Source: Gemmatimonas sp. (GTDB lineage: Bacteria; Gemmatimonadota; Gemmatimonadetes; Gemmatimonadales; Gemmatimonadaceae). Taken from it: a DNA stretch of 64,000 nucleotides. The DNA lies in NCBI GenBank assembly GCA_031414535.1, contig JANNVQ010000043.1, positions 9,197 to 73,196 on the forward strand. Direction: 5' to 3'. Positions within the stretch are counted from its first letter, which is position 1, and each line of letters begins with the position of its first letter. The notes beneath the pieces were generated by a model. That model was not told the DNA's origin and did no database searches. It was given only the letters and a program-made list of their open reading frames with translations. The translations under genes were made by a program, and so were the position numbers. Shown here piece by piece: positions 28,745 through 37,673 of the stretch.

Positions 28745-28817
28745 GACCCGGTAGCTCAGTCGGTAGAGCATCGGACTTTTAATCCGCAGGTCGTGGGTTC
28801 GATCCCCACCCGGGTCA
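28745..28817 (+). tRNA. tRNA-Lys (UUU), CCA not encoded
   Basis: Acceptor GACCCGG/CCGGGTC, D arm GCTC/GAGC, loop CTTTTAA, T arm GTGGG-TTCGATC-CCCAC. Confidence 0.95.
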
Positions 28818-28828
28818 TTCTGCTCCTC

Positions 28829-28858
28829 TTGCGAACTTATACCCCCTAGGGGTATCCT
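28829..28858 (+). promoter_or_regulatory. Sigma70-like promoter overlapped by a CsoR/RcnR-type operator
   Basis: TTGCGA (28829) - 18 bp - TATCCT (28853); perfect inverted repeat ATACCCC-CTA-GGGGTAT at 28839-28855; only 6 nt separate the -10 from ATG 28865 (leaderless). Confidence 0.75.
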
Positions 28859-28864
28859 ACATCC

Positions 28865-29206
28865 ATGTCGCTTCGATCTCTCCGTGTTGTGGCTGCCCTG
28901 TTTGCGGCGGTCGGGCTCCTCGCCCGTCCGGCGCGAGCTGTGGTTGTCTGCCCCATGGAAACGGCGGTGGTCGCTGAGGCCGCCGGGCTGGACGAGCACG
29001 CACATCACAGCGAAGATGCGCCGGGTGAGACGCCAGAGCATGAGGTCTGCCCTGATCTCGCGCACTGTACAGTTGCGGCTCCGGTCTCGGCGCCCGAGTT
29101 GGGTAGTGCTGCGGAGAGCCTCAGCGATCAACGTGTCCTCGGGGCGCTGGACCGTCCCACCAGCGCCGTCACCAGCGTAGAGCCGCCTCCTCCAAAGCAG
29201 AGCTGA
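28865..29206 (+). CDS. Small exported Cys/His protein with C-terminal polyproline (DUF2946/CruR-like leader)
   Basis: Hydrophobic N-terminus, CPM, EHAHH, HEVCPDLAHC, ends VEPPPPKQS. Confidence 0.65.
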   Translation: MSLRSLRVVAALFAAVGLLARPARAVVVCPMETAVVAEAAGLDEHAHHSEDAPGETPEHEVCPDLAHCTVAAPVSAPELGSAAESLSDQRVLGALDRPTSAVTSVEPPPPKQS

Positions 29207-29303
29207 CTTTTAGCGCCCCCGCGCGGGCGCCTCGTCACGCCTGTCAGGGCCTGCCGCATTCCGCGCGGGTCACTGACGGGGTCACTCTCAAGAGGCAGTA
29301 TCC

Positions 29304-31148
29304 ATGCGAATGTTTTTCGCGGCCGCGGGACTGGCGCTCGTCGCCAGCTCGGCCGATGCACAAACAGATTTCTATAACACCGATCGCGGACGCCCGCTCA
29401 CGGTGGAAGATGCGACGGTGATTGAACGCCGCGCGATTGAGCTGCAAGCGGTGCCCTTGCGCGTGCAACGCGCCGGCCCCGGCATGACGAGTTGGGGCAT
29501 TGCGCCAGAGTTGGCCTTCGGGCTGCTCCCGCGCACCCAGCTCGAGTTCTCGGTCCCGATTCGGTTTATGGATGCGGGCGCGCTCGGCTCGCGCACCGCA
29601 GGTGCGGCGGGGTTCGAGATTGAGATGCTGCATCAGCTGAACACGGAGACGCAGCTGTTTCCAGCCTTGGCGCTCGGTGCCGGTGCGCATCTGCCTGGCG
29701 GTCCCTTTGGGCCGGCTCGCACACTGACGACGCTGCGAGCCTTGGCCACACGCACCATGCCTTGGGGCCGCGTACACCTGAATGCCTCGTATTCGCCTGG
29801 CGATGCACTCGCCGTGACGGAGAGTGGCAGCGATGAGCCGCGGTGGCTGGGAGGTATCGCGCTCGACCGCACCCTGCCGCTGCGCCAGATACTCATCGGT
29901 GTAGACCTCACGGCCGAGGAGTCGCTGCTCGACGACGGCGAGATCACGTGGCGCTCGAGCCTAGGACTGCGGCGTCAGGTGTCTTCGCGCGTGGCGATGG
30001 ATGCCGGCGTATTCCGTCGCATTTCCGGCGGAACTCCCGATTGGGGATTCACAGTAGGCGGCGCTTACGCCTTTGCGCGTCCGCTACGGACGGCGCCACG
30101 CGCCGTTGGCGTGCAGGTGCGTCCCGCTGCTTCGCAGTGGAGCACGGTGTACGAGCAATTCCCGCTGCAGGCGTCGCACAACTTCTACTTCCGTCGCCAC
30201 TATCCCGCGGCGGACCGGATGTTTAACGCCTTCGACTACGGCCACGCGATCCTCTACGAGATGCTGTGGACGCGGCCAGAGCAGGCGGTGGCGCTGCTGG
30301 AGCAGAGGGAATACGAAAATCTTACGGCTCGCGTGCTCAACCAACCGCCGCGCTTGCCGGCCGTTGAAGACGCGATTGAGCCGATGTATGCGCGCCTCGC
30401 GCCCGAAGCCAAGACGATGTTCGAATGGGCGCATGTTCTACATCGTCAGGTCTACGATGTGCTGTCCGACGAGCGCTTGAGCCAGGCTCAGAAGGACTCG
30501 GCCATGGTTTTGCTCGAGCACTACTATTTCTCGCGTCGCGATCTTGCCTTCAGCCGTCAGCCGAAGTCCATGGCGCTCATGCAGGAGCAGCCGTATTCGC
30601 TCGCCTTCCGGAAGAACTTTCCCAAGTTCAACGGACTGATCTGGGCCTACCACTGGCTGCAGGTGGGTCTCTACGAGCCGCTGATGGTCGGCAACACGGT
30701 GGTGGAGCGTCAGGCTGGCGTGGCCGCGACGGTGGCGCGCTTCCGTCAAATGACGGTGGACGGGCCGAATAACTATCCCGTGGTGATGCCGATGACGGCG
30801 GCCATTGCGCCGACGTTCGCCAAGCGCTATCCGACGATTGCCATCGTGTTTGACAACCTGCACTCGCTGCACGATGTCATCTCGGACATCCTCGCCAATC
30901 CTGATGTGCCGCGGGACCAAAAGCGCGCCGAGATCCTGAAGGCGGCATCGGCCTACCGCGATGATACCACCGAAGTCATGACGGTGGCGGGTTGGTTACG
31001 GATGACCGAGATGATGGGCATTCACAATCAGGGCGGCCCCTCGGTGGGCTTCTTCTCGGCGCTACCCACCCCCACCGTGCCGCGTGGTTTTGTGATGCGG
31101 CACGACAAGGACGGGAATCCGATCGGCGAACACGATCACCACGAGTAG
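29304..31148 (+). CDS. Fusion of a putative outer-membrane beta-barrel with a His/Met-rich helical domain
   Basis: Signal peptide; amphipathic strands ending WGFTVGGAYAF (about 30074); linker; helical domain with two HxxH motifs; tail GEHDHHE. Confidence 0.7.
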   Translation: MRMFFAAAGLALVASSADAQTDFYNTDRGRPLTVEDATVIERRAIELQAVPLRVQRAGPGMTSWGIAPELAFGLLPRTQLEFSVPIRFMDAGALGSRTAGAAGFEIEMLHQLNTETQLFPALALGAGAHLPGGPFGPARTLTTLRALATRTMPWGRVHLNASYSPGDALAVTESGSDEPRWLGGIALDRTLPLRQILIGVDLTAEESLLDDGEITWRSSLGLRRQVSSRVAMDAGVFRRISGGTPDWGFTVGGAYAFARPLRTAPRAVGVQVRPAASQWSTVYEQFPLQASHNFYFRRHYPAADRMFNAFDYGHAILYEMLWTRPEQAVALLEQREYENLTARVLNQPPRLPAVEDAIEPMYARLAPEAKTMFEWAHVLHRQVYDVLSDERLSQAQKDSAMVLLEHYYFSRRDLAFSRQPKSMALMQEQPYSLAFRKNFPKFNGLIWAYHWLQVGLYEPLMVGNTVVERQAGVAATVARFRQMTVDGPNNYPVVMPMTAAIAPTFAKRYPTIAIVFDNLHSLHDVISDILANPDVPRDQKRAEILKAASAYRDDTTEVMTVAGWLRMTEMMGIHNQGGPSVGFFSALPTPTVPRGFVMRHDKDGNPIGEHDHHE

Positions 31149-31176
31149 GTCCGGTGGTGTACCGCCGCGCGGCCCC

Positions 31177-32298
31177 TCAGTATTCGCGGAACATCCGCTG
31201 AATCTCGAGTGGGTCGCGCGTGCGGGTGAGGGCGAGCATCAACAGGATACGGGCCTTCTGCGGCGTGAGATGTTGGACGCCGATGATTGGCGGTGCGGCG
31301 CGTTCGAGGGCTCTCACCGAATCGTCCGGTGTGACCGGGGGGCGCGCCGAGTCGCTTGCGGTGCTTGGTGTTCTTGGCGCGGCGATGTTGTCGCCCGAGG
31401 GAAAGGCGCTCACCAACACCACGCCGCGTGTGCGCAGGTTGCGATACGCGGTGGCTTCTGCAGGTGTGAAGCCGGTGCTCGTGACGACAATGCCGCCCGG
31501 AAGCGTGTCGAAGCTGGGGCCCGTACCGCCCGGATACGCGACCGTCAGCGCCACCGCAGGCAGCGAATCAAAGGCGCTAACATCGAACTCGCTCTCTTTT
31601 CCGCGGCGACGCGTCGGGGCGAAGAAGAACTCCGGACCGCCGCTACCGACCACGCCGAGCATGCCCATGTCGCCACCGTCAAAGCCGCCCACGCGCTGGT
31701 AGTGCTTGCGCGCTTCGCGTGCGGAGAGGATGCGATCATCCATCACGACGAGTACGCCTTTGGCCACAGCCTGCGGCGAGGCCACGGTGCGCACGGCTGC
31801 GAGCAAGTTCATGGGGCCATCGGGGCTGATGCCCGTTGCCGGCCGCTGTGCGCCAACCACCACGACGGGCTTCTCCGAACGCACCGTGAGGTACAGGAAA
31901 AACGCTGTTTCCTCCAGACGATCCGTGCCGTGGGTCACCACCACGCCCGCCAAATCGCCGCGCGTGCGCAGGACCTCGTTGATCCGGCGCGAGAGCTCAA
32001 TCCACTGCCGCGGGGTGATGAGGGTGCTCGCGACGTTGGAGAATTGCTCCGTTTCTACGCGGGCGTGCCGCGAGAGTTCGGGGACTGATGCAATGATCTG
32101 TTCGGCCGTGAGTGTGCCGGGCCGATAGTCGCCAAGCGTGCCGGGCGCTGCCTGCACGCCTGCAATGGTGCCGCCAGTGGCAATCACTAGAACCTTCGGC
32201 AGGCTGCTGGTGTCGGGCAGGGACTGCGCGCGCGCACAGGAGGAAGCGGCAACGACGAAGCCAAAGGCAAGGAGGGCAGAGCGCGACACAGTGGGCAT
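31177..32298 (-). CDS. Secreted L-asparaginase/glutaminase (type II-like)
   Basis: Signal peptide; IATGGTIAG, THGTD, GAQRP, DGPMNL, PQKARILLMLAL. Confidence 0.88.
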   Translation of the reverse strand: MPTVSRSALLAFGFVVAASSCARAQSLPDTSSLPKVLVIATGGTIAGVQAAPGTLGDYRPGTLTAEQIIASVPELSRHARVETEQFSNVASTLITPRQWIELSRRINEVLRTRGDLAGVVVTHGTDRLEETAFFLYLTVRSEKPVVVVGAQRPATGISPDGPMNLLAAVRTVASPQAVAKGVLVVMDDRILSAREARKHYQRVGGFDGGDMGMLGVVGSGGPEFFFAPTRRRGKESEFDVSAFDSLPAVALTVAYPGGTGPSFDTLPGGIVVTSTGFTPAEATAYRNLRTRGVVLVSAFPSGDNIAAPRTPSTASDSARPPVTPDDSVRALERAAPPIIGVQHLTPQKARILLMLALTRTRDPLEIQRMFREY

Positions 32299-32416
32299 CG
32301 AATGGGGGCTGGGGACTTGCGCGACCCATCAATATAGAAGGGGTAGGGGATTCCCTGAGGCAAAATCCACCTATGCTTTATGGCCCCCGACCACCCCACG
32401 AGGCAGTCTTCAACTC

Positions 32417-33076
32417 ATGAGCGACGACCTAATCCGTGTAATTCTTGCCGACGACCATAGTGTTGTCCGCGCCGGGCTCAAAGCAGTGCTGGGCGCGGCG
32501 AAGGATATGCACGTCGTGGGTGAAGCCTCCAGTGGCCCAGAGGCGGTAGCCTTGGCAGAGCGCCTCAAGCCGCACGTGGTGGTGATGGACCTTTCCATCG
32601 GCGAGGTGGATGGCGGGCAGGCCACCAAGATGCTGATTGAGAAGGGCATCCCCTCGAAGGTGCTCATTCTCACGATGCACCCCGAGGAGGAGTTCCTGGT
32701 GCCAATGCTCGAGGCCGGCGCGAGCGGATTCCTCCCCAAGACGGCGCCAGACCGCGAGCTCTTGGATGCCGTGCGCACCGTTGCCCGGGGCGAGATCTAC
32801 GTGCGGGCCGAGGCGGCGCGCATCCTCGCCAAGGGGTACCAGCGCAAGGATCCGATGCACGAGGATCGCACGCGGTACGAGAAGCTCACGGAGCGGGAGC
32901 GCGATGTGCTCCGGCTGACGGCGCAGGGCTACTCCGCCCCGGAAATTGGCGAGCGCTTGTTCATCTCGCCCAAGACCGTGGATACCTACAAGCAGCGTAT
33001 CCAGGACAAGCTCGGCCTGAGCCATCGTCACGAGTACGTACAATTCGCGCTGCGTCTGGGATTGTTGCACGCCTAG
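32417..33076 (+). CDS. NarL/LuxR-family response regulator
   Basis: Start re-called at 32417; LADDH, VMDL, LTERERDVL, FISPKTVDTY. Confidence 0.92.
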   Translation: MSDDLIRVILADDHSVVRAGLKAVLGAAKDMHVVGEASSGPEAVALAERLKPHVVVMDLSIGEVDGGQATKMLIEKGIPSKVLILTMHPEEEFLVPMLEAGASGFLPKTAPDRELLDAVRTVARGEIYVRAEAARILAKGYQRKDPMHEDRTRYEKLTERERDVLRLTAQGYSAPEIGERLFISPKTVDTYKQRIQDKLGLSHRHEYVQFALRLGLLHA

Positions 33077-33110
33077 TCCTGTTGAGTCCGGGCGGGCATA
33101 TTCCGCGCTG

Positions 33111-34952
33111 ATGCTCAGCACTCAGTCCAAACTGCGCTACATCGTGGGCGCGGGCGTATCAGCGCTCGTGGTGCTCGGGGGTATTGCGCTCTCGGCCACG
33201 CGTCGCGTTGTCGCGGAAGGCGTGGACGACCCTACCCTGCGCCTCGCGCAGGCCTTGGTCATCCTCCTCATCATTCTTGCGGTGGTGCTCGCGTGGTTTG
33301 CTTATGCAAGCTTGCACGACGACATCGCGCGGCGCCTCTCGGCGGAGGAGGCGCTTCGCGCATCAGAGGCAAAGTTGTCCGGCATTCTCGAGATCGCGGC
33401 GGACGCCATCATCTCGGTGGACGAGCGCCAGTACATCGTGCGCTACAATCACGGCGCCGAGCGCATCTTTGGCTGGAGCGCCCACGAGGTGCTGGGGCAA
33501 AAGTTGAGCGTATTGCTTCCCGAGCGGTACCGCGCGGGGCACGCGCAGTCCATGCAAGGCTTCGGCAACAGCAGCCAGAACGCACGGCAGATGGGCGCGC
33601 GCAGCGTCATTTCCGGCCTGCGGAAAGACGGGTTGGAGTTTCCCGCCGAAGCGTCCATTTCCAAGCTGGCGCTCCCGTCTGGAGAGCAGCTCTACACCGT
33701 GCTGCTGCGCGACGTGACCGAACGCCGAGAACGCGAGATGGCCCAGAAGCTGCTCACGCACGCGGTTGCGGAGCTTGGTGAGACCTTGGATGTGGCGGAG
33801 ACGGAGAAGAGCATCGTCGAGTTGCCGCTGGCGTGGCTCGCTGACGGCGCGGTCCTCGATGTGTTCACCGGAGGTCCGCAGCTGCGCCGCGTGACCGCCA
33901 GGCCGAAGCAACCTGAGTTGGCGGACGCACTGGTCAAGTTGGAGCGCTTGGCCATTGATATGGACTCGCCTTCACGCGTTGTGGACGTAATTCGACGCGG
34001 GGTGGCGGAGCACATGCCGGATGTTACGGACGAGTGGCTGGAGGCACATAGCAGTTCGCCCGAGGAGTTGGTGCAATCTCGCGCCCTAAATATCGGATCC
34101 GTGCTCTTGCTGCCGTTGGTGGCGCGTGAGCACGTACTTGGCGTGCTGTCCATCTTCCGGCTCCGACCCGCACGACCCTTCAGCGAGTCCGACCAAGAGA
34201 TTGCTCGGGAGTTGGCCTTACGTGCGGCCTTCGCACTCGACAACGCACGCCTCTACGAGACGGCGCAGCAGGCGACCATCGCGCGCGATCACGCGCTTGG
34301 CGTGGTCTCCCACGATTTGCGGAATCCCATCTCGGCCATCGGCATGTGCGCGCGAGCCCTCTTGGCGGCGACCTCGGCTGAGGACACGGAGCGACGCGGC
34401 CTCGTCACCACGATTGTGGACTCCACCGAGCTCACACAGCGCATGATTCGTGACTTGCTGGACGTGGCGAGCATCGAGGTTGGCCGACTCGCCATTGAGC
34501 GTCGGCAGGTGGCGATTGCGCCCGTGCTCGCGCGCGCCATCGAGTTGTTTCGTCGCGAGGCCACGGAGCGCGGTGTCACGCTTCGGCTCGCGAACATCGC
34601 GGTGTTGCCTGAGGTGATGGGCGATGAGCATCGTCTGGTGCAAGTGCTCGCCAATCTGTTGGGCAACGCCATGCGGTTTACGGAGCGTGGCGGCGAGGTG
34701 AGCGTGGGTGCCGTGAAAACCAGCGGCTTCTTGGAAATCAGTGTGCATGATACGGGCTCAGGCATCCCCGCCAGCGAGCTGCCGCGCATCTTTGACCGCT
34801 TCTGGAGCGTGCGGCGCAATGCTCCCAAGGGCGGCACGGGCCTCGGCCTCGCCATCGCGCGCGGTATCATTGAGGCCCACGGCGGGCGACTGTGGGCGGA
34901 GAGCGAAGTGGGGAAGGGCAGTACCTTCCGCTTTACCGTCCCCGTCGGCTGA
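33111..34952 (+). CDS. Membrane sensor histidine kinase with PAS and GAF domains
   Basis: 2 TM; ADAII...NHGAERIFGW...GLRKDG; ALDNARLY; VSHDLRNP; GTGLGLAI. Confidence 0.92.
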   Translation: MLSTQSKLRYIVGAGVSALVVLGGIALSATRRVVAEGVDDPTLRLAQALVILLIILAVVLAWFAYASLHDDIARRLSAEEALRASEAKLSGILEIAADAIISVDERQYIVRYNHGAERIFGWSAHEVLGQKLSVLLPERYRAGHAQSMQGFGNSSQNARQMGARSVISGLRKDGLEFPAEASISKLALPSGEQLYTVLLRDVTERREREMAQKLLTHAVAELGETLDVAETEKSIVELPLAWLADGAVLDVFTGGPQLRRVTARPKQPELADALVKLERLAIDMDSPSRVVDVIRRGVAEHMPDVTDEWLEAHSSSPEELVQSRALNIGSVLLLPLVAREHVLGVLSIFRLRPARPFSESDQEIARELALRAAFALDNARLYETAQQATIARDHALGVVSHDLRNPISAIGMCARALLAATSAEDTERRGLVTTIVDSTELTQRMIRDLLDVASIEVGRLAIERRQVAIAPVLARAIELFRREATERGVTLRLANIAVLPEVMGDEHRLVQVLANLLGNAMRFTERGGEVSVGAVKTSGFLEISVHDTGSGIPASELPRIFDRFWSVRRNAPKGGTGLGLAIARGIIEAHGGRLWAESEVGKGSTFRFTVPVG

Positions 34953-36090
34953 GCACTTCGCGGTAGGACGCGTCGAGGCGGTCCATCTCGTGTTCCCAAG
35001 TGCGGCGCTCTGACCATTTGCGCGCGCCATCTCTCAAGGTGAGCTGGAGCGCGCGGTCCGCCACGAGCCGTTGCATTGCCGACGCGCAGGCTGCGGCATC
35101 CATGGCCGGGAAGGCCAGTCCGTTCTCGCCGTCGCGTAGGTTGTCTGCTACGCCACCCGCTGGTGTCGCGATGACGGGCAAGCCCGCGGCCATTGCCTCA
35201 AGCACCACGAGGCCCAGGGTTTCGGTTGTACTGGCAAACAAGAACGCGTCCGCACTGGCGTAGAGCGCTGGAAGTTCGCGCTGCCGGTCGAGGTTACCGA
35301 GGAAGGTGACGTTGCGTGGCGCGCGTTCACGCAGGCCGGCGAGACTCGGCCCAGCGCCCGCCACCACGAGCTTCACGGCATCAGGACCCAAGGCCTTCTC
35401 AACCAGCGCGAAGGCGTTCAGGAGTACATCAATACCCTTCTCTGGTGCGAGCCGTCCGACGTGGAGGAAGGTGAAGGCGTTGCCGAGCGAAAGGCGCTGA
35501 CGCAGCGCGAGGGACCGCTTGGAGGGATGAAACAGCACGTCGTCCACGCCGCGCCCCCAGACTTCTACATCCTTCAGGCCAAGTTCTATCAGGTCGTCGC
35601 GTGACGGATCTGAGGGCGTGAAGATGCGCGCACCATTCGCGTGGAAGCGGCGAATCCAGCGCTGGACGGTCCCGCGCATAAACGGCACACCGTACGACTC
35701 CGTGTATTTCGCGAAGTCCGTGTGGTACGACGTGGTCACGGTTATGCCTCGGTGCATCGCGGCGCTCTGGCCCATGCGACCAATCACAAACTCGGTCGCC
35801 GAGTGTACGACGTCGGGTTGGAAGCGTTCGATGACATCGCGCACGGTGCTGCGTGCTGGAGCCGCGAGGCGAATGTCGCTGTATCCCGGGAGTGGAACGG
35901 AGGGAATGCTGGTGAGTTGATCTTGCATCAGCTCCGGCGCGAACACCACCTGATGGCTCTCGGGATATTTGGGCGCGATGACCTCAACGTCCCAGCCGCG
36001 TGCGCGCAAACCTTGAACGGAGAGGGCCGTCACGACGCTCACGCCATTGACCTGCGGCGGATAGGTGTCGGTGCAAAAGAGTATTCGCAT
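34933..36090 (-). CDS. GT4-family glycosyltransferase (Agt/SqdX-like diacylglycerol glycosyltransferase)
   Basis: TDTYPPQVNGVS, SYHTDF, WGRGVD, VGRLAPEK, STTETLGLVVLEAMAAG. Confidence 0.85.
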   Translation of the reverse strand: MRILFCTDTYPPQVNGVSVVTALSVQGLRARGWDVEVIAPKYPESHQVVFAPELMQDQLTSIPSVPLPGYSDIRLAAPARSTVRDVIERFQPDVVHSATEFVIGRMGQSAAMHRGITVTTSYHTDFAKYTESYGVPFMRGTVQRWIRRFHANGARIFTPSDPSRDDLIELGLKDVEVWGRGVDDVLFHPSKRSLALRQRLSLGNAFTFLHVGRLAPEKGIDVLLNAFALVEKALGPDAVKLVVAGAGPSLAGLRERAPRNVTFLGNLDRQRELPALYASADAFLFASTTETLGLVVLEAMAAGLPVIATPAGGVADNLRDGENGLAFPAMDAAACASAMQRLVADRALQLTLRDGARKWSERRTWEHEMDRLDASYREVLSRRGR

Positions 36091-36116
36091 GATGGGCGGG
36101 AACTTCAGGGCCAATC

Positions 36117-36143
36117 GTCACCGCTGTGTGACGGAGACGCAAC
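36117..36143. promoter_or_regulatory. Pho-box-like triple direct repeat in the divergent promoter
   Basis: GTCAC (36117), GTGAC (36128), GCAAC (36139), exact 11-bp period. Confidence 0.5.
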
Positions 36144-36187
36144 AATACGGAGGGCCAGTTGTGGCACAGGAGGGCAATCATCAGCAC

Positions 36188-37072
36188 GTGACTGATTGCG
36201 CGCTTCCTCCACTCGAGGTCCCCGTGCTCCGAGAGACCCCCGTCCGTCGTGTCGTGCTCGTCGTGCTCGATGGCTTGCGTCCGGACGCGATTCCGCGCTT
36301 CGCGTTGCCACACCTCGCCGCGCTCGCTCACCGCTCGGCCTACACCATGCTGGGTCGCACGGTTTCCCCAAGTGTGACGGCCTGCGCCATGGCTTCGCTG
36401 CTCACCGGCGCCGCGCCGGAGCGGCACGGATTACAGAGCGATCGCTTTCAAATGCCCAAGTCGCGAGGGCAACTGCACCCGCTCCCGCGCGTATTGGCGG
36501 AACACGGACTGCAGAGCTCCGCCTACCTCGCGGCCATGCCGTTGCTGTTCACCGGCGTCGCCAAGCGCATGGCGGCCAGGCTGGGACTCGGGACCACGGG
36601 ATTCCGTGGCCGCGGCTGCGATGAGATTCTCACGGCGGCGAGGCCTTCGCTGCGTGAACAGAAGGATGGCTTGGTACTCTTGCACTGGCCCGATGCCGAC
36701 CGTGCCGGTCACGCACACGGGTGGATGACTGAGCAATACGCCGACGCCACTTGGCGTATGGATGCGACGATGGGTCTGCTCATGCGCGAGCTTGACCTCA
36801 CTGATCCTGGCACGCTCTTAATCGCGCTTGCCGATCATGGCGGCGGTGGCGCAGTTGCTACGCATCACAACTCGTCCCACCCGCTGGATACCACGATTCC
36901 CATCTTCGTGGCAGGCGCTGCGGTACGGCGCGGTGAGATGGCGCCGGGCGCCTCTCTACTGGATGTGCCGGCGACCATATGCTGGGCACTCGGGTTGCCG
37001 CTGCCAGAGAGTTATGCGGGACGGCCACTCACGTCGGCGTTTGCGCCACCGCCGCTGGTTGTTGCCGCCTGA
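36188..37072 (+). CDS. Alkaline-phosphatase-superfamily (nucleotide pyrophosphatase/phosphodiesterase-like) protein
   Basis: VVLDGLRPD, PSVT, LLTG, HWPDADRAGHAHGW, ADHGG; no signal peptide; start is approximate. Confidence 0.82.
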   Translation: MTDCALPPLEVPVLRETPVRRVVLVVLDGLRPDAIPRFALPHLAALAHRSAYTMLGRTVSPSVTACAMASLLTGAAPERHGLQSDRFQMPKSRGQLHPLPRVLAEHGLQSSAYLAAMPLLFTGVAKRMAARLGLGTTGFRGRGCDEILTAARPSLREQKDGLVLLHWPDADRAGHAHGWMTEQYADATWRMDATMGLLMRELDLTDPGTLLIALADHGGGGAVATHHNSSHPLDTTIPIFVAGAAVRRGEMAPGASLLDVPATICWALGLPLPESYAGRPLTSAFAPPPLVVAA

Positions 37073-37142
37073 TTGGCCCGTTACAGCTTCGTTTCCGCAC
37101 CGACAGTTCACCGCGACAGGACTTCGAGAGACTACACTCACG

Positions 37143-37673
37143 ATGACGCCCGCTTCGCTGATCACCCGACTCGATGCCCGCGACCGCGCACTCTTCCTGC
37201 GCTGGGTCATCGGAGATCGTACGCCCCGCCGCGTGATGCGCGCGTGGACCCTGCTGACCCACGTTGGCGGTGCACGCGTGACGATTCTCGCGGTGCTGCT
37301 GCCGATTATCTTCGCGCCAGCGGCATTGCAGCTCGTGTCCATCAAGGCGGCGTGGGCACTGACACTTTCGCATCTTGTGGTGCAGATCATCAAGCGCCGC
37401 GTACTGCGCGAACGTCCCTCGGTGCGGGTGACGGCCTCCACGCACGTGGAAGTCCCGGATAAGTTCTCGTTCCCGAGCGGACATAGCTGCTCGGTGATGA
37501 GCGTGGCCTTTGTGTACGCCATCGCCTACCCGGCATTCGCCCTGCCGATGCTGATGCTCTCCGGTCTCGTCGGTTGGTCACGCGTGCGACTCGGCGTGCA
37601 CTACCCCGGTGATGTGCTGGCCGGACAGGCCATTGCCATCGGTACGGGACTACTGCTTCTCGGGACCTGGTGA
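37143..37673 (+). CDS. PAP2-family membrane phosphatase
   Basis: KRRVLRERP, SFPSGH, SRVRLGVHYPGDV. Confidence 0.9.
   Translation: MTPASLITRLDARDRALFLRWVIGDRTPRRVMRAWTLLTHVGGARVTILAVLLPIIFAPAALQLVSIKAAWALTLSHLVVQIIKRRVLRERPSVRVTASTHVEVPDKFSFPSGHSCSVMSVAFVYAIAYPAFALPMLMLSGLVGWSRVRLGVHYPGDVLAGQAIAIGTGLLLLGTW

Noticed and set aside
28745..28817. tRNA-Lys as the integration site of the copper module
   Set aside because: I found no duplicated tRNA 3' end or mobility gene in the window
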